Shown here: positions 1 through 10,431 of the stretch, one piece after another | Layout: each line of letters begins with the position of its first letter | Position numbering within the stretch: the stretch's first letter is position 1 | Virus record (IMG/VR): IMGVR_UViG_3300044713_000194 | Coordinates: 43,637-107,636 of that record | DNA from: a virus | DNA: 64,000 nucleotides | Direction: 5' to 3' (one strand) | The notes under the pieces: model-generated | Told to the model about the DNA's origin: nothing | Database searches by the model: none | The model's input: the letters and a program-made list of their open reading frames with translations, nothing else | Made by a program: the position numbers and the translations under genes

Positions 1-1
1 C

Positions 2-3000
2 GCTCACCGGTCCGGCAGCGCTGATCAGATTGTTGACCCAGCCGTTCATCAAGGAATTGCCCACCGCTTCCATCGAGGACGGCAGCGTGCTCAGTTCCTT
101 GCGGCCCACGAACTGCTTGAAGTTCTTCCGGAACGCCTTCGCCACAAAGTCGTTGATAGTGGTGACATACGGTTCGGAAGTCAATGGGTTGGCCGGGTTG
201 GTGGTCTTGTAGTGACGGCACTCCAGAGCCCCCGGTACGCTGTCAAACACCGTGATACCAGCCTGCGCCAACTGGTCCTTCGTCGGCGAATTGTATTCCT
301 GAAGTGCACGGCTGAAGCCGATCACCTTCTGGCCGGTAAGGGTGGTGGCCACGTCGTTCGACGGGTTCAGGTTCAAACCCGCAGTCGCTGCCGCCAGGAA
401 TTCACCGGAGACCAGGTTCTCAACCGCTGGCTGTGAAACCGAAGGTTGGAGCATGATTCCCAGGGCGGGCGGCCAGACCGCGATCACGCGCTGGTTGGCG
501 ATCGCCTGAGCCGTCGCGGAAGCAGCCGTTGGCGTCGAATACTGGTTGAAGCCAACGAAAGCAATGGCCTCTCCCTTCTGACGCGGAGTCGCCTGCTTGG
601 TCAGGAACTGGCTAAGCGCCTGCTGCACATTGACCGAGGTGGACAACGGTACGATCACACCCGCCTTGCCGCCGCCAGGAATCGGCGTGGTGAGCGAATT
701 GATCGCGTCGATGAAGCTCTGATCCGACGCAAAGGCCGTGCCCGCTACAACCGGCACCTGGATGACCCCGAACTGGCCCGCACCGTTAGCGGTCAGCAAC
801 TGAATCGCAATCGAGAGGCGGTTGTTGACACTGTTCGGCTGGCCATACTCCGCATACGCATCGTCAGGGCTGGCGAAAGTCTGAAGAGCGAAGTCGGAGG
901 CCTGCTTGTTGACCGTGAACGTCACGTAGTAGTACTCGCCGACAGCCGGGGAGTTACCCGAACGGCTGAAGGTTGAAATCAATGCCGTGTCGCCCACCTT
1001 ATTGCCCAGCGTGCTGACCACGTCGGTCTTGAGGCCGGGGACGGCAACGATAGTCTCTCCGGTCACAAAGCCCGCCGTGCGGCTGATGACGAAGCTCAGT
1101 GTGTCACCTGGAGTGAATTTGTAGCTCGGGCTCGGCAACTGAGTGTAACCGTAGCTGAGCGCGCTCGCCGGATCGACGATCGTGAACTGCACACCCGTGG
1201 TCTGGTCGATGTAGGTCTGGCCGAGATAGCCGGACGCGCCAACCGCACCCGAGCCGGAGTCTGCATTGCCACCTTCGGGCGTGGTTGCGCCGCCCGTCAG
1301 ACCGAGGCCGTCGGCCTGTGCCTGCTGCGCCGTGCGGCTGGTGGTGACAAGAAAGCGGTTGGCAAACGGAGTCGAAACAGCCGCCGCGCCGCCTGCCAGG
1401 TTGGTGGCCGCCTGTGCGGTCGCCTGGCCGGAAGTCGATGCACCCTCCGCCGCCGAGCAAAGAATCACGCCAGCACCGGATACGGTTGGCGGGAAGCTGG
1501 AGAACAGGGCGATGACCTCCGCCCAGGTGCGCACCGTCTCCTGATCGGCCATCAACAGTTCGACGGTGACGGCGGTCCCACTGACGCTGATCGCCGTGGC
1601 ATCCGCCTGACCGGTGCCGCCACTGAGGAGAGCAATGGTGACCGAGTTGCCAGCGGTGCCCGGGGTGGTTGCCGTGAACACCAGGGTTGAGGCAATCTCG
1701 ATTGATGCCTGCACTGCTGGGGTGGTAATGGTCGAGAGACCGTCGTCCTGGAATGTCAGGGTGACCGTTTCCGCCGCGCCGCCGATGGCCGCCTGAAGAT
1801 CCGAGAAGTTGCTCGGCCAGACGATCCCGGTGTCGGCAAAGTTCGCGTTGGCTACGGTGTCGGTGCCGTTTGACGCAACTGGAACGATCTGGTTGTTCTC
1901 GTCCGTCACGGTGTAGGTGCCCTGACCCGAGGTGCCTGCGGTCTTGACTGCCACGGTGAACGCGTGGTCGTTCAGTACGCTGCGGTAGTAGGTGGCATAG
2001 ACGTTCTGCCCTTGTGCCGCCGGGTTGTAAAGGGTGACCTTAGCGCTGGCACCGGAAAGCTGAGCCACGGTGACTGCACCGCTGCTCGCGGCCTCGATTG
2101 GGTTGGGGCCGACATAAACCTTGACCAAAGATGGGTCATCGGTTGGGACGCCAAGGCCCGAGCCGTCTACCGGCACATCGGGGAGAGTGAAAACGGAGTT
2201 GACCCCGCTCGTCGCGCCGGAGAGGAGCCGCAGGTAGACCTTCTGATCAACCAGGGTTGTATTGATGTCAGTCGCGTTGAAAGCCGGAAACCCAGCCGTG
2301 TTCTGACCGGCGGCGGTCGAAACCGCAGCGCCCCAAGCAATCGAGTTGCCGTTCAGGGTGTAGTCAACGCCCTCGACGAAATTGGAGGTGTTTGGACCGA
2401 AGCCGATTTCGACGATCGAAGCAACATTCGAAGACGGAAGCTGGTCGGAGGTGTTCTGCCAAGTGTTGGTGAAATAGGTGGCCAGAAGGGTTGCACCCGC
2501 AGGTACGGCGTTCGCTAGGGTGACAAGGCCGGTCGAGCCGTCCACGGCGGTAACCGTGGCTGGCTGTCCATTTACTGTGACGGAAACCTTGGTCGGATCG
2601 GTCGTTACGACACCACCGTTTGTGCCATCGACAATCGGAGTCTGCTGCACCTTGAAGATGGTGTTGGTGTTCGGACCCGCGCCGCCTGTGAAAGCGGTGG
2701 CCGTGAGGGCTGCCCCAGCCGTCGAGGAGGAGCCCCCGGAAACGACGGTAATGTAACCGGCGGTGGTCTCGATGCCCGCGTTGATCAGTGCCGCGACTTC
2801 GGCCAGCGTGCGGACCGTGTTGTCGGTGTTGCGAAGCTCGATTGAGATCGCGTTGGTGCCCGCACCGGACACAGCCTGAAGATCGGAAACGCCCGAGCCG
2901 GTCGTGGCCAAAGTCAGCGCGAGCGTGACGTCGTTGCCGAGCGCGCCGGGGATGGTGAGCGACAAGTGCAGTGTCGCCTGGATCGCGAGGGTAGCGAAAG

Positions 3001-3490
3001 TCGGAACCTGGAACGAATCGTTTTCGTTAAGGACCTGGGTGTCGGTGCGCTTGAAGTAGTAGTTGACGTAGAGACTGCTGCCTTCGGGAACAATCGTCTG
3101 GGTGCTGAACTGGCCGGTCGCTCCGTTTAAGGAGAGGACCGTCACCGGCAACGCCGCAGTCTGTCCCGGCGCTACCACAGTGACCGAAAGATAGGAGGGA
3201 TTGTTGGTTACGGTGCCGGTTCCATTGCCGGTAACAACGGGGAAGTGCGACAATTGAAAAGGACCTGTGGTGCCGTTGACCTGCGCGGTGAGGTTCTCAG
3301 CCACGACCTGGTCATCGGAGGTTGCACTCGAACCACGATGCATTTCAACGTTGGATTCGGTGAAAACCTGCTGGCCTTCTCCGATCAACACCGGAATCCG
3401 CGCGCTCGGCGGCAGGGATGCAACGGTGTCGTTCAGGATCGTCTCGGTGTAGACACCGGGCGGCGTGTAAGACGTGGAGAAAAGTGCCAT
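2..3490 (-). CDS. Contractile tail sheath protein (3' end runs off the window; missing from the ORF track)
   Basis: Open frame from ATG at 3490 (MALFSTSYTPPGVYTETIL...) behind a GAGGAG RBS. The N-terminal Y-x-x-PGVY motif is typical of sheath proteins. Thr/Gly/Ala-rich beta inserts and a sheath-like C-terminal region follow. Confidence 0.85.
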   Translation of the reverse strand, partial: MALFSTSYTPPGVYTETILNDTVASLPPSARIPVLIGEGQQVFTESNVEMHRGSSATSDDQVVAENLTAQVNGTTGPFQLSHFPVVTGNGTGTVTNNPSYLSVTVVAPGQTAALPVTVLSLNGATGQFSTQTIVPEGSSLYVNYYFKRTDTQVLNENDSFQVPTFATLAIQATLHLSLTIPGALGNDVTLALTLATTGSGVSDLQAVSGAGTNAISIELRNTDNTVRTLAEVAALINAGIETTAGYITVVSGGSSSTAGAALTATAFTGGAGPNTNTIFKVQQTPIVDGTNGGVVTTDPTKVSVTVNGQPATVTAVDGSTGLVTLANAVPAGATLLATYFTNTWQNTSDQLPSSNVASIVEIGFGPNTSNFVEGVDYTLNGNSIAWGAAVSTAAGQNTAGFPAFNATDINTTLVDQKVYLRLLSGATSGVNSVFTLPDVPVDGSGLGVPTDDPSLVKVYVGPNPIEAASSGAVTVAQLSGASAKVTLYNPAAQGQNVYATYYRSVLNDHAFTVAVKTAGTSGQGTYTVTDENNQIVPVASNGTDTVANANFADTGIVWPSNFSDLQAAIGGAAETVTLTFQDDGLSTITTPAVQASIEIASTLVFTATTPGTAGNSVTIALLSGGTGQADATAISVSGTAVTVELLMADQETVRTWAEVIALFSSFPPTVSGAGVILCSAAEGASTSGQATAQAATNLAGGAAAVSTPFANRFLVTTSRTAQQAQADGLGLTGGATTPEGGNADSGSGAVGASGYLGQTYIDQTTGVQFTIVDPASALSYGYTQLPSPSYKFTPGDTLSFVISRTAGFVTGETIVAVPGLKTDVVSTLGNKVGDTALISTFSRSGNSPAVGEYYYVTFTVNKQASDFALQTFASPDDAYAEYGQPNSVNNRLSIAIQLLTANGAGQFGVIQVPVVAGTAFASDQSFIDAINSLTTPIPGGGKAGVIVPLSTSVNVQQALSQFLTKQATPRQKGEAIAFVGFNQYSTPTAASATAQAIANQRVIAVWPPALGIMLQPSVSQPAVENLVSGEFLAAATAGLNLNPSNDVATTLTGQKVIGFSRALQEYNSPTKDQLAQAGITVFDSVPGALECRHYKTTNPANPLTSEPYVTTINDFVAKAFRKNFKQFVGRKELSTLPSSMEAVGNSLMNGWVNNLISAAGPVS

Positions 3491-3598
3491 TTGTCGGCTC
3501 CTCGCCCAATTACTTAGCGATTGGGTGCGCTGGGAGTGAAATCCATCTCTATGAAGAGATTGGAAGTCCGTTTATTTCTACGCTTCGATTTTGGAGCC

Positions 3599-4021
3599 TT
3601 AGCGGGGCTGCTCGACGAGTTTGGTCTGGGCGTCGGCATCCGGCTTGTGACCGTCCCGCTCGACATACCCTAAGGCGCGGGTACGGGCCAGGCGCTGCTC
3701 AGCCGAGATGGGGGTGAACTCGTTGTAACCGGTGGCGACCAGGCCCTGCTTACCGGCCTCGCGGCGGACCTTGTTGCGCTTGTTCTGGCGCTCGTTAATG
3801 CTGGACCAGCGCGCTTCGGACTCGCGGCCTACAACCGCGTCGATCGGAGCGTTGGACAGGCCGTTGGTTCCGATTCCGGGAACAGAAAGTTTGGGCCACG
3901 CGGGGGTATGACAGAACTTGCAGGGTATGGTGGACGGCTTGGAGGCCGACATGGGCTGTACAAGCTCCGTCACCGCCCCGCAGCCGCCTTCGCCTTCACA
4001 CTTGTATTCGTAGATTGCCAT
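3599..4021 (-). CDS. FmdB-like zinc-ribbon protein
   Basis: MAIYEYKC...C...CKFC N-terminus. Confidence 0.7.
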   Translation of the reverse strand: MAIYEYKCEGEGGCGAVTELVQPMSASKPSTIPCKFCHTPAWPKLSVPGIGTNGLSNAPIDAVVGRESEARWSSINERQNKRNKVRREAGKQGLVATGYNEFTPISAEQRLARTRALGYVERDGHKPDADAQTKLVEQPR

Positions 4022-4088
4022 GAAACTCCTTCGAGATAACGCCTATCAAGGGGTAATACCGCTTGGAGGGGGGTGGTTCCTTTATTTG

Positions 4089-5645
4089 TCAGCGATAATC
4101 CGGAAGAAATCCGATGGCTCCCACGGAGAAAAGACGAGGACCTACCTTCAGCTTGCCCGGGTAGTCGGTAGTAAAGAGAATTGAATCGATGTTGAAATTG
4201 GTGACGCGGGTGACGAGCGGCTTATAGACGCGCCAGTCAGCGAGCGCCGTGAACTGTAATGAGGCGACCCAGCCGGGTGCGGTTGCGCTTCGGTCACGTT
4301 GGTTTACAAGTGCGGAGCGCGAGCCCTCAAGAATGGTCAGCCCATCGGCTTCGATCCTGGCTCGGCGGTTGATAAGAAGCTCTTGCTTTAGAAGCTCGAC
4401 AATATCGGAGGCCGTGGCGGGATCGTTTGCCTTCACATCGACTGTAAAGCCAATGTTGTCTTTCGATCCGTATACATGGTAAGTTTCGCTAACATTTGGA
4501 GATACAAGGAGAGCGCACTGGTCTCCCTCGGTCACCTTGTCGCCGATTGCAATACGCATCCCAAGCACTAAGTTGATGTTCGAGGACATCTTCTTACCCA
4601 CAACGGTGCTCTGGCCGATCAGGGTGCGCACATCATACCGACACCAGCCTCCGGGGGCAAGTGGCGTGTTCAGGGTTACCGTTCCGGTCTCCAGGTTTAC
4701 CGTGACCGGTACGTTGGCGGCGGCGTTCGTCTCCACCCACACCTGATCCTCAACCAATGTCTCGCCCGAAGCGAGCGTGAAACTCAGCGTGTTCTCCGAA
4801 TTCATGCAGTTGCCGGGAACAGAGGGATCAACCCGTACGACGCCCGTCGCCGTAATAGTGTTCCCCGCCGGAGTCCATCCGCTAAGTTGGACGGTAGTCG
4901 CGGAAGTGAAAATGTAGTCGATTCCATTGCGTAGAGTGAAACCGTCCTGATCCAGGAGCGCGACTGAAGAATAATCGGAAGGAACGGTGGCCGTCTGGGT
5001 CCCAAATACGGTGGCCGGAATAATGACCGTGCTCTGAGTCTGCTCAACCCAAAAGTCCGTCAGCGGTGTAAGCGGATTGCCGCCGGAATCCTTTACTCCA
5101 AGAGCGACTACCGAACTCAGAAGGTAAATGAAATTTGAACCGCCTTGGAAGGCAATCGCGTTACTGGGGTTCTCAATGTCGTAAGGCTGAACCGTTAAGG
5201 CGTCAATGCCTCGGGCGAAGTTGACCTTGGAGCCTCGGGCATTCTTGACCAACCCTTCGTACCAGTGGTAGGTCTGGACGGTAAACTTTACGTCGCGGGT
5301 CTTCTCATCCACAGCATCCACGTTGAACATGTAGATCCCGGCGACCGGCGTCTGAAGGGTGGGGTCGATCTCATCGGCCCATTCAAAAAAGTCCCCGTCC
5401 TTGTCCTCGATTTTGGCGACCAAGGAGCGACCCATCTGGGTGTACATGAAGTAGTCGGGGGAGAGGCGGGCACCGGAGCCGGTGATGTCCTTAATGATGC
5501 ATTGCACGTCGCCGAAGGAGATCATGTTGTTCGAGGTGAGGGACACCTCGCCCAGACTGGCGCGAAACCGGGGATTCCGCGTCACGATGTCTCGGATGAC
5601 GCGGAGCATATACCCGGCCAAATGATTTCCGGTTAAATCGAACAC
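4089..5645 (-). CDS. Putative virion structural protein (tail/neck region)
   Basis: 518-aa beta-rich ORF with Ig-like inserts, next to the sheath gene and on the same strand. Confidence 0.55.
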   Translation of the reverse strand: MFDLTGNHLAGYMLRVIRDIVTRNPRFRASLGEVSLTSNNMISFGDVQCIIKDITGSGARLSPDYFMYTQMGRSLVAKIEDKDGDFFEWADEIDPTLQTPVAGIYMFNVDAVDEKTRDVKFTVQTYHWYEGLVKNARGSKVNFARGIDALTVQPYDIENPSNAIAFQGGSNFIYLLSSVVALGVKDSGGNPLTPLTDFWVEQTQSTVIIPATVFGTQTATVPSDYSSVALLDQDGFTLRNGIDYIFTSATTVQLSGWTPAGNTITATGVVRVDPSVPGNCMNSENTLSFTLASGETLVEDQVWVETNAAANVPVTVNLETGTVTLNTPLAPGGWCRYDVRTLIGQSTVVGKKMSSNINLVLGMRIAIGDKVTEGDQCALLVSPNVSETYHVYGSKDNIGFTVDVKANDPATASDIVELLKQELLINRRARIEADGLTILEGSRSALVNQRDRSATAPGWVASLQFTALADWRVYKPLVTRVTNFNIDSILFTTDYPGKLKVGPRLFSVGAIGFLPDYR

Positions 5646-6472
5646 GTTGGAGTCCCCTCAATGGGAGAGCCCGTAATCCTCTTGGAGGATTTCGCAACTC
5701 TTCGGTGGTTCTCTTTCCAGCAAGTGCGATTGCAGAATTTACCGCCGCGACTGACTGAACGTTCAAAGACTGCTGAGCAGCCCGCGCATGTCACCGTGAC
5801 TCGATTCCGTCGTAAGGCACTAGCGGCGCGAATCCGGGCTACGCTCTCCGGGGAACGCTTCTTACCGCGTAAGGAAGCCGATCTCTTATCTCTTGTTTGT
5901 TGTGTTACGGGTCGTGCTCTCAAAGTCGCTGAGATTTTGGCACGGGATTCTTTCGTAAAACCGGCTAGACGCCGCGCCACCATCTCCGGTGTTTGGGACC
6001 TTCCTTTGAGGGCATCGCTACGTTTTCTCTTAGATGCGACGGTCTGCTTTATACCTACACGTGACTCGACAAACTTTTGGCGAGTTTCGGGGCTGTGCTT
6101 CTTACCGAAGAATGGGTTACCACTACCCGTCATCTTTATTCGAAGCTCGGCCCTACGTTCTTCGGAGCACGGACGTGCGCCGCCATCGCCGCCATGGGCA
6201 ATGTTATAACCCACGGTTACTTCTGTTGAACGGTACTTTGCTATGTATTCAATTTCTAAGGCGTTAAGGGTCTCTAGTGACTCAATACCGGAAACTAGAG
6301 TCGTTACCTCGAAGCAATCTTCCCCGTATTTACGAATGGCGGTTGATAGCCTTGCTCGTCCGTTATTACGCGCGGTGTAGCAATGTTCCTTCCATCGTCT
6401 TTCGACCGTCTTAACGGTCTTACCGATGTAGATCTTTCCGTTGACCCGATTTCGAACCAAGTAGATAAGCAT
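5633..6472 (-). CDS. GIY-YIG homing endonuclease with NUMOD3-like repeats
   Basis: LIYLVRNRVNGKIYIGKT...RWKEH...GYN motif and NPFFGKKHSPETR repeats; lower GC. Confidence 0.9.
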   Translation of the reverse strand: MLIYLVRNRVNGKIYIGKTVKTVERRWKEHCYTARNNGRARLSTAIRKYGEDCFEVTTLVSGIESLETLNALEIEYIAKYRSTEVTVGYNIAHGGDGGARPCSEERRAELRIKMTGSGNPFFGKKHSPETRQKFVESRVGIKQTVASKRKRSDALKGRSQTPEMVARRLAGFTKESRAKISATLRARPVTQQTRDKRSASLRGKKRSPESVARIRAASALRRNRVTVTCAGCSAVFERSVSRGGKFCNRTCWKENHRRVAKSSKRITGSPIEGTPTCSI

Positions 6473-6515
6473 GCCTATCCTGCACTCTGGCTTCCGAGCA
6501 CAAAATCGGCGAACA

Positions 6516-6992
6516 TCAATCCTGAACCCTCACGTCTAGGACACCGTAATCAACGCCCTTCGGTATTGGGGGCACGGTTTGCTGGATAGGGTGCACCCAC
6601 TGAGCGATTGAGCGCCTTACATCCTGTACGCTCACTACCCCACGCTGTCTTGGGTACCACACGTTCCGTATACCTACTGCGCCTTCGAAATCGTAGTCCT
6701 CAATTTCCCACCACGACCCGTCATGTGCGGCAAACCTTGATCCTGGAACCATATAGGTGAAAAATAAGTCATCGCCTTGAAGCGGCGAAAGGGGATTGGC
6801 CAACAACTCATTTCCAATCTCGGGGCTCGTTTGACTGAAGATGCCCTTCTGCTCGCCGGAGTCCCCGACAATCGCCTGTAGCTTGATGTCCAGAACCGGC
6901 TGATCCGTGGGGGGCGTCATGGCGTTCGCCTGTTTGGGGGCGATACCGGCGAAGGCAATGAGGGAGGAAGCTAAAACGTTCGATTTAATCAT
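6516..6992 (-). CDS. Hypothetical phage protein
   Basis: 158-aa ORF with RBS, collinear with the structural block. Confidence 0.6.
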   Translation of the reverse strand: MIKSNVLASSLIAFAGIAPKQANAMTPPTDQPVLDIKLQAIVGDSGEQKGIFSQTSPEIGNELLANPLSPLQGDDLFFTYMVPGSRFAAHDGSWWEIEDYDFEGAVGIRNVWYPRQRGVVSVQDVRRSIAQWVHPIQQTVPPIPKGVDYGVLDVRVQD

Positions 6993-7048
6993 GCTGGGCT
7001 CCGGAGGCGACTCTCTTTAATGGAATCCGGAAGTCAGAACACAGAAAG

Positions 7049-7078
7049 TTCGCCATTTTGAGCCGGACAAGGCAGAAT
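7049..7078 (+). promoter_or_regulatory. Class A bipartite promoter-like motif TT(C/A/T)GCC...CAGAAT; other copies near 7645, 9449, 9782 and 10538 (+) and 50208-50237, 50619-50648 (-)
   Basis: Seven intergenic copies, each with a fixed 21-nt offset from GCC to CAGAA/CAGAG and oriented into small accessory genes. Confidence 0.75.
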
Positions 7079-7087
7079 GTATGAGAG

Positions 7088-7312
7088 GTGATTATGGAGA
7101 ACAGACGGGAGCTAGTACGCGCGGTACGCGAGTACGCACGAGCCCACTACGAAAAAAGCGGCTGGGATGTTGTCGTCGAGAGCTACGACGACGCCGACAT
7201 CATCTCGGCCATGGGACCGGCTGAGACCCCGGAGCAGGCGATACGGGCGGTAGGTGAGGAAATCGGCATGCACGACAAATACCGGAGCGACATCGAGGCG
7301 ACGGCCTTCTAA
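7088..7312 (+). CDS. Small hypothetical protein
   Basis: GAGAGG RBS downstream of a class A motif. Confidence 0.65.
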   Translation: MIMENRRELVRAVREYARAHYEKSGWDVVVESYDDADIISAMGPAETPEQAIRAVGEEIGMHDKYRSDIEATAF

Positions 7313-7313
7313 A

Positions 7314-7613
7314 ATGTTGGACACCGAACAAATGACTAAAGTTTTTGGTATCCAGCTTCATCGCATCAGCGGTGACCGTCTTTTGGCGTGCGAAGCCGTT
7401 TATTGCGAACGTGGTGGATTAGCGGTGGATACCGTGTTGCGTAGGGCAGCGATCTCCGGACGTGTCGAGATCGAAGGACCCTTGGAGCGCCACTTTGCGG
7501 ACCTGCTCGATCTTCAGGGAGACATCGTCTGCTCGGTCGCCCTAGACGCCGGGTCTTACCGTGCAATCAAATATAGATGGGCACCAAGCAAGCTGATAGT
7601 TGAGCCGCAGTAG
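7314..7613 (+). CDS. Small hypothetical protein
   Basis: ATG immediately after the previous stop codon. Confidence 0.55.
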   Translation: MLDTEQMTKVFGIQLHRISGDRLLACEAVYCERGGLAVDTVLRRAAISGRVEIEGPLERHFADLLDLQGDIVCSVALDAGSYRAIKYRWAPSKLIVEPQ

Positions 7614-7693
7614 GCCCGAGATCGCCGCAAGGGAGAACCCTAAGTTCGCCGATTTTGCTCGGCCCGGACAGAATGTACGTAGGAGAGTGAGCC

Positions 7694-8113
7694 ATGGTAA
7701 ACGCACTTGATTACTTTAGTGAACAAGCCTACAACGAAGCTGTCGATGCCGAGCGCGAAGAGACGATGGGTGACGGTTACCGCAACGAATCCCAGCGGTT
7801 GTTCGCTCACTCTAGCAACACGATTCCATACAGGGATGAGAGCGCCAAGATCGACGCGCTGGCCGCCGCTGGCAAGTTCGTGGTCTATCGCATCGTCGAG
7901 GTTTGCTGCCCGCATACCGACGCGTTGATTCGCGTCGAGGAGCGCATCTCTTCAATTCACGACACCTATGTGGCGGCATCCGATGCCGCGCACGGACCCG
8001 ATGGAGACTTTGACGATATGACCGGCATCCGGATGCCGCAGGCGGAAGTTACGCCGGAACCCCGGTCGGTCGTAGACGTGGCCGAAGGTGAAACCTGGGA
8101 CATTCCCTTCTAA
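7694..8113 (+). CDS. Hypothetical protein with acidic DIPF C-terminal tail
   Basis: AGGAG RBS; ends ...WDIPF, resembling an SSB C-terminal motif. Confidence 0.65.
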   Translation: MVNALDYFSEQAYNEAVDAEREETMGDGYRNESQRLFAHSSNTIPYRDESAKIDALAAAGKFVVYRIVEVCCPHTDALIRVEERISSIHDTYVAASDAAHGPDGDFDDMTGIRMPQAEVTPEPRSVVDVAEGETWDIPF

Positions 8114-8121
8114 GGAGCAGT

Positions 8122-8343
8122 ATGGCAACAGCAGCCGCAGTGCCTGTGCCTGATTTCCTGGTGTTGGATCATGGATCAGTCGTGATCCTGATGTCAATGA
8201 ACGACGATGCCCAGACTTGGTTCGACGAGCACGTCTCGTGCAAGTGCTGGCGGACATGGGGGCCGCGCGGCGTCGCCGTTGATCCACGCTACGTGGACGG
8301 TCTGGTCGAGGGTATGATCGAAGAAGGGTTTACGGTCCAGTAA
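8122..8343 (+). CDS. Small hypothetical protein
   Basis: AAGGAG RBS; tightly packed. Confidence 0.65.
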   Translation: MATAAAVPVPDFLVLDHGSVVILMSMNDDAQTWFDEHVSCKCWRTWGPRGVAVDPRYVDGLVEGMIEEGFTVQ

Positions 8344-8345
8344 CT

Positions 8346-8630
8346 ATGAAGACTTTCGAAACCGGCGAGACGAAGCGGGATCTCACCAGCACTGTGGCCG
8401 TAGTAGGACCCGCCGACAAATACACCACCGAGGAGCTAACCAAGATTGTCGCGTGCGCCGAGAAGCTAGACGCCCAGTACGATCGCCTCTTCCCTTTCCG
8501 GCGCGGCTGTAACATGACTGTCTTCGACAAAGACGCTCCCGACTGGTGGCTGCGTAAGCGGTTTAGCTGGTACATGGGACCGATGTATTCCGAGTCCCTG
8601 GATGAAGCGATTGCGTTTATGCTGCGCTAG
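8346..8630 (+). CDS. Small hypothetical protein
   Basis: Starts 2 nt after the previous stop codon. Confidence 0.6.
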   Translation: MKTFETGETKRDLTSTVAVVGPADKYTTEELTKIVACAEKLDAQYDRLFPFRRGCNMTVFDKDAPDWWLRKRFSWYMGPMYSESLDEAIAFMLR

Positions 8631-8682
8631 TCTAAAGATGGACCCAAATCCCATTTTCAGCAATCATAAGTAAAGGACCCAG

Positions 8683-9192
8683 ATGCGTTCGAAACTTCTC
8701 AATCCGCCCGACGCCGCCCGGCCCATGCTGGATCACTTTGCCGCACTCAACCGGCGCACCCAGGCTGCCCGTAAGGAGGCTGCCGAGCCCGAGGTGGGCA
8801 TCTTCTTTGTTTACAATGGTCGCGTCCTTGTAGACGGAACCCCTGTGAGCCAGGCGGAGTCCTACGGCAACTTCAAAGGCCACAATGTCGGCCACGACCG
8901 GTATTGGGACAATCTCAAGAAGGTTGATCTTGTTCCTCGTGATGTCGAATACGACGAGGTCCCAAGAGGGCGTGTCGGATACGACACTAAGGAGCGAAAG
9001 TTTTTCATTTTTGCCGACCCTTGCATCTTGAAAGATCAGCGGGCCATTGACCAGGTGGAGCGTCTTCTACATCTCCCCTCGGTCAACATGGCACCTCCAA
9101 AGCGGGATTCCCACTATAGGTGTCCCGGATGTATGAAGACGCAAAAATCGACGAAGCGGCTTCAACAGGAAGAGGAAGATTGGGATTTCTGA
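8683..9192 (+). CDS. Hypothetical protein (PRGRV...HYRCxxC)
   Basis: AAAGGA RBS; 169 aa. Confidence 0.65.
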   Translation: MRSKLLNPPDAARPMLDHFAALNRRTQAARKEAAEPEVGIFFVYNGRVLVDGTPVSQAESYGNFKGHNVGHDRYWDNLKKVDLVPRDVEYDEVPRGRVGYDTKERKFFIFADPCILKDQRAIDQVERLLHLPSVNMAPPKRDSHYRCPGCMKTQKSTKRLQQEEEDWDF

Positions 9193-9194
9193 TT

Positions 9195-9440
9195 ATGGCC
9201 GAAACAACACAAGAGACGAACTGGTGGGGCGAGATCTCGCACCCGAGCGACCAACTGGTGCACTGGTCCCGCACCAAGAACACCGATGAGGCCCGGCGGG
9301 AGATCGCTGAGTTGCGAACCGCATGGGACCTCATCCACGCCGACCCCAAGATCGCCGCCGCAGCCAAGGTACTAATCCACTGGACGATCGAACTCGAAGG
9401 GTCGAACGCATCGGAGGCGGCGGCGGGCGCGGACCTGTAG
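9195..9440 (+). CDS. Small hypothetical protein
   Basis: ATG 2 nt after the previous stop codon. Confidence 0.55.
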   Translation: MAETTQETNWWGEISHPSDQLVHWSRTKNTDEARREIAELRTAWDLIHADPKIAAAAKVLIHWTIELEGSNASEAAAGADL

Positions 9441-9483
9441 AGGGGATCTTCGCCGATTCTCGTTCGACGCGCCAGAATATGGG

Positions 9484-9780
9484 GTGGGAGGAACCGTGAC
9501 AAAGAAGCAAGCGCTCCTCAAAGCAAAAGAGCTTCTAGGCGATGACGCCTTCGCAATCCTCACTACCGTAGATGCCGAGCGGGATCGTGCAATGCAGAAC
9601 CGCTTTGGCAGGTCGGCTCGATCATTCACGGTTGGCGTCAATAGGGGCGGCGTTCTGATACCCTACGGCGCGGCGGATGGCTGGCAGGCGGCGCTCCGAA
9701 GTGCCGCAGTTTACCAGCCCGGCAACGAGAACAGATTTGCCGATCTCCGCAAGGCATACATCGCACTCAATCGCACCTAA
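9484..9780 (+). CDS. Small hypothetical protein
   Basis: Downstream of a class A motif; start position uncertain. Confidence 0.55.
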   Translation: MGGTVTKKQALLKAKELLGDDAFAILTTVDAERDRAMQNRFGRSARSFTVGVNRGGVLIPYGAADGWQAALRSAAVYQPGNENRFADLRKAYIALNRT

Positions 9781-9831
9781 TCTAGCCGATTCCATTTTGC
9801 CAGGCCAGAGCATTGTATAGGAGACTGAACC

Positions 9832-10431
9832 ATGCCGACCGTCACGCACGTTTTATGGCCCAAGATGGGCCTCGATTACGGAAAGATGTTCAAAATTACC
9901 TCTATGTCTGAGCTTCATTCTTATTGGGATGAGGGCCGAGCAGTGAGGTTGCGCGACGGCATGAACAACTACCTCAATAGCGCGGAGTTTGCGCGCCAAA
10001 CTGGGGTGAATTCACTATGTCAGCACCACCTGTCACACCCCGACGCCGCGTACCTGGACATCGCCTGTACGGGCGAATCCATGAAGGACTCACCACGCAG
10101 CGTCGTTGAAGTCACCGTCGATGCTTTTAACGGAATCCTATTCGGGATGGTAGACGTCCTGGTCAAGTTCGGTGCCATCTACGTCAATGAGCAAGGCGGT
10201 TACTTTACACTCAGCGACGGCATGGAGGAGAAAAGTTCTCAGACCGTTGCAAGCTGGGTCATTCCGGGTGCCGACATTCGTGTTAAGCATTGGCCGCGCG
10301 GTACCCACTGGTACGCCTACGTCGGTTCCGTATCCGTTACCAGGGATGGAAAGAACAGTTGGGATACCAAAGACGAGGCTTACGAGAATGCCCGCCTCTG
10401 GGCGAAAGAGCATCGAGTCAAACTGGAATAG
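9832..10431 (+). CDS. Hypothetical protein
   Basis: AGGAG RBS; 199 aa. Confidence 0.65.
   Translation: MPTVTHVLWPKMGLDYGKMFKITSMSELHSYWDEGRAVRLRDGMNNYLNSAEFARQTGVNSLCQHHLSHPDAAYLDIACTGESMKDSPRSVVEVTVDAFNGILFGMVDVLVKFGAIYVNEQGGYFTLSDGMEEKSSQTVASWVIPGADIRVKHWPRGTHWYAYVGSVSVTRDGKNSWDTKDEAYENARLWAKEHRVKLE

Noticed and set aside
30-3717. Numerous + strand ORFs in the track over the left end
   Set aside because: They are shadows of the single minus-strand tail-sheath frame, which the track missed because it runs off the window.
5633-6472. Group I intron around the GIY-YIG gene
   Set aside because: Both neighbouring genes look complete and the flanks leave no room for an intron core, so it is treated as free-standing.
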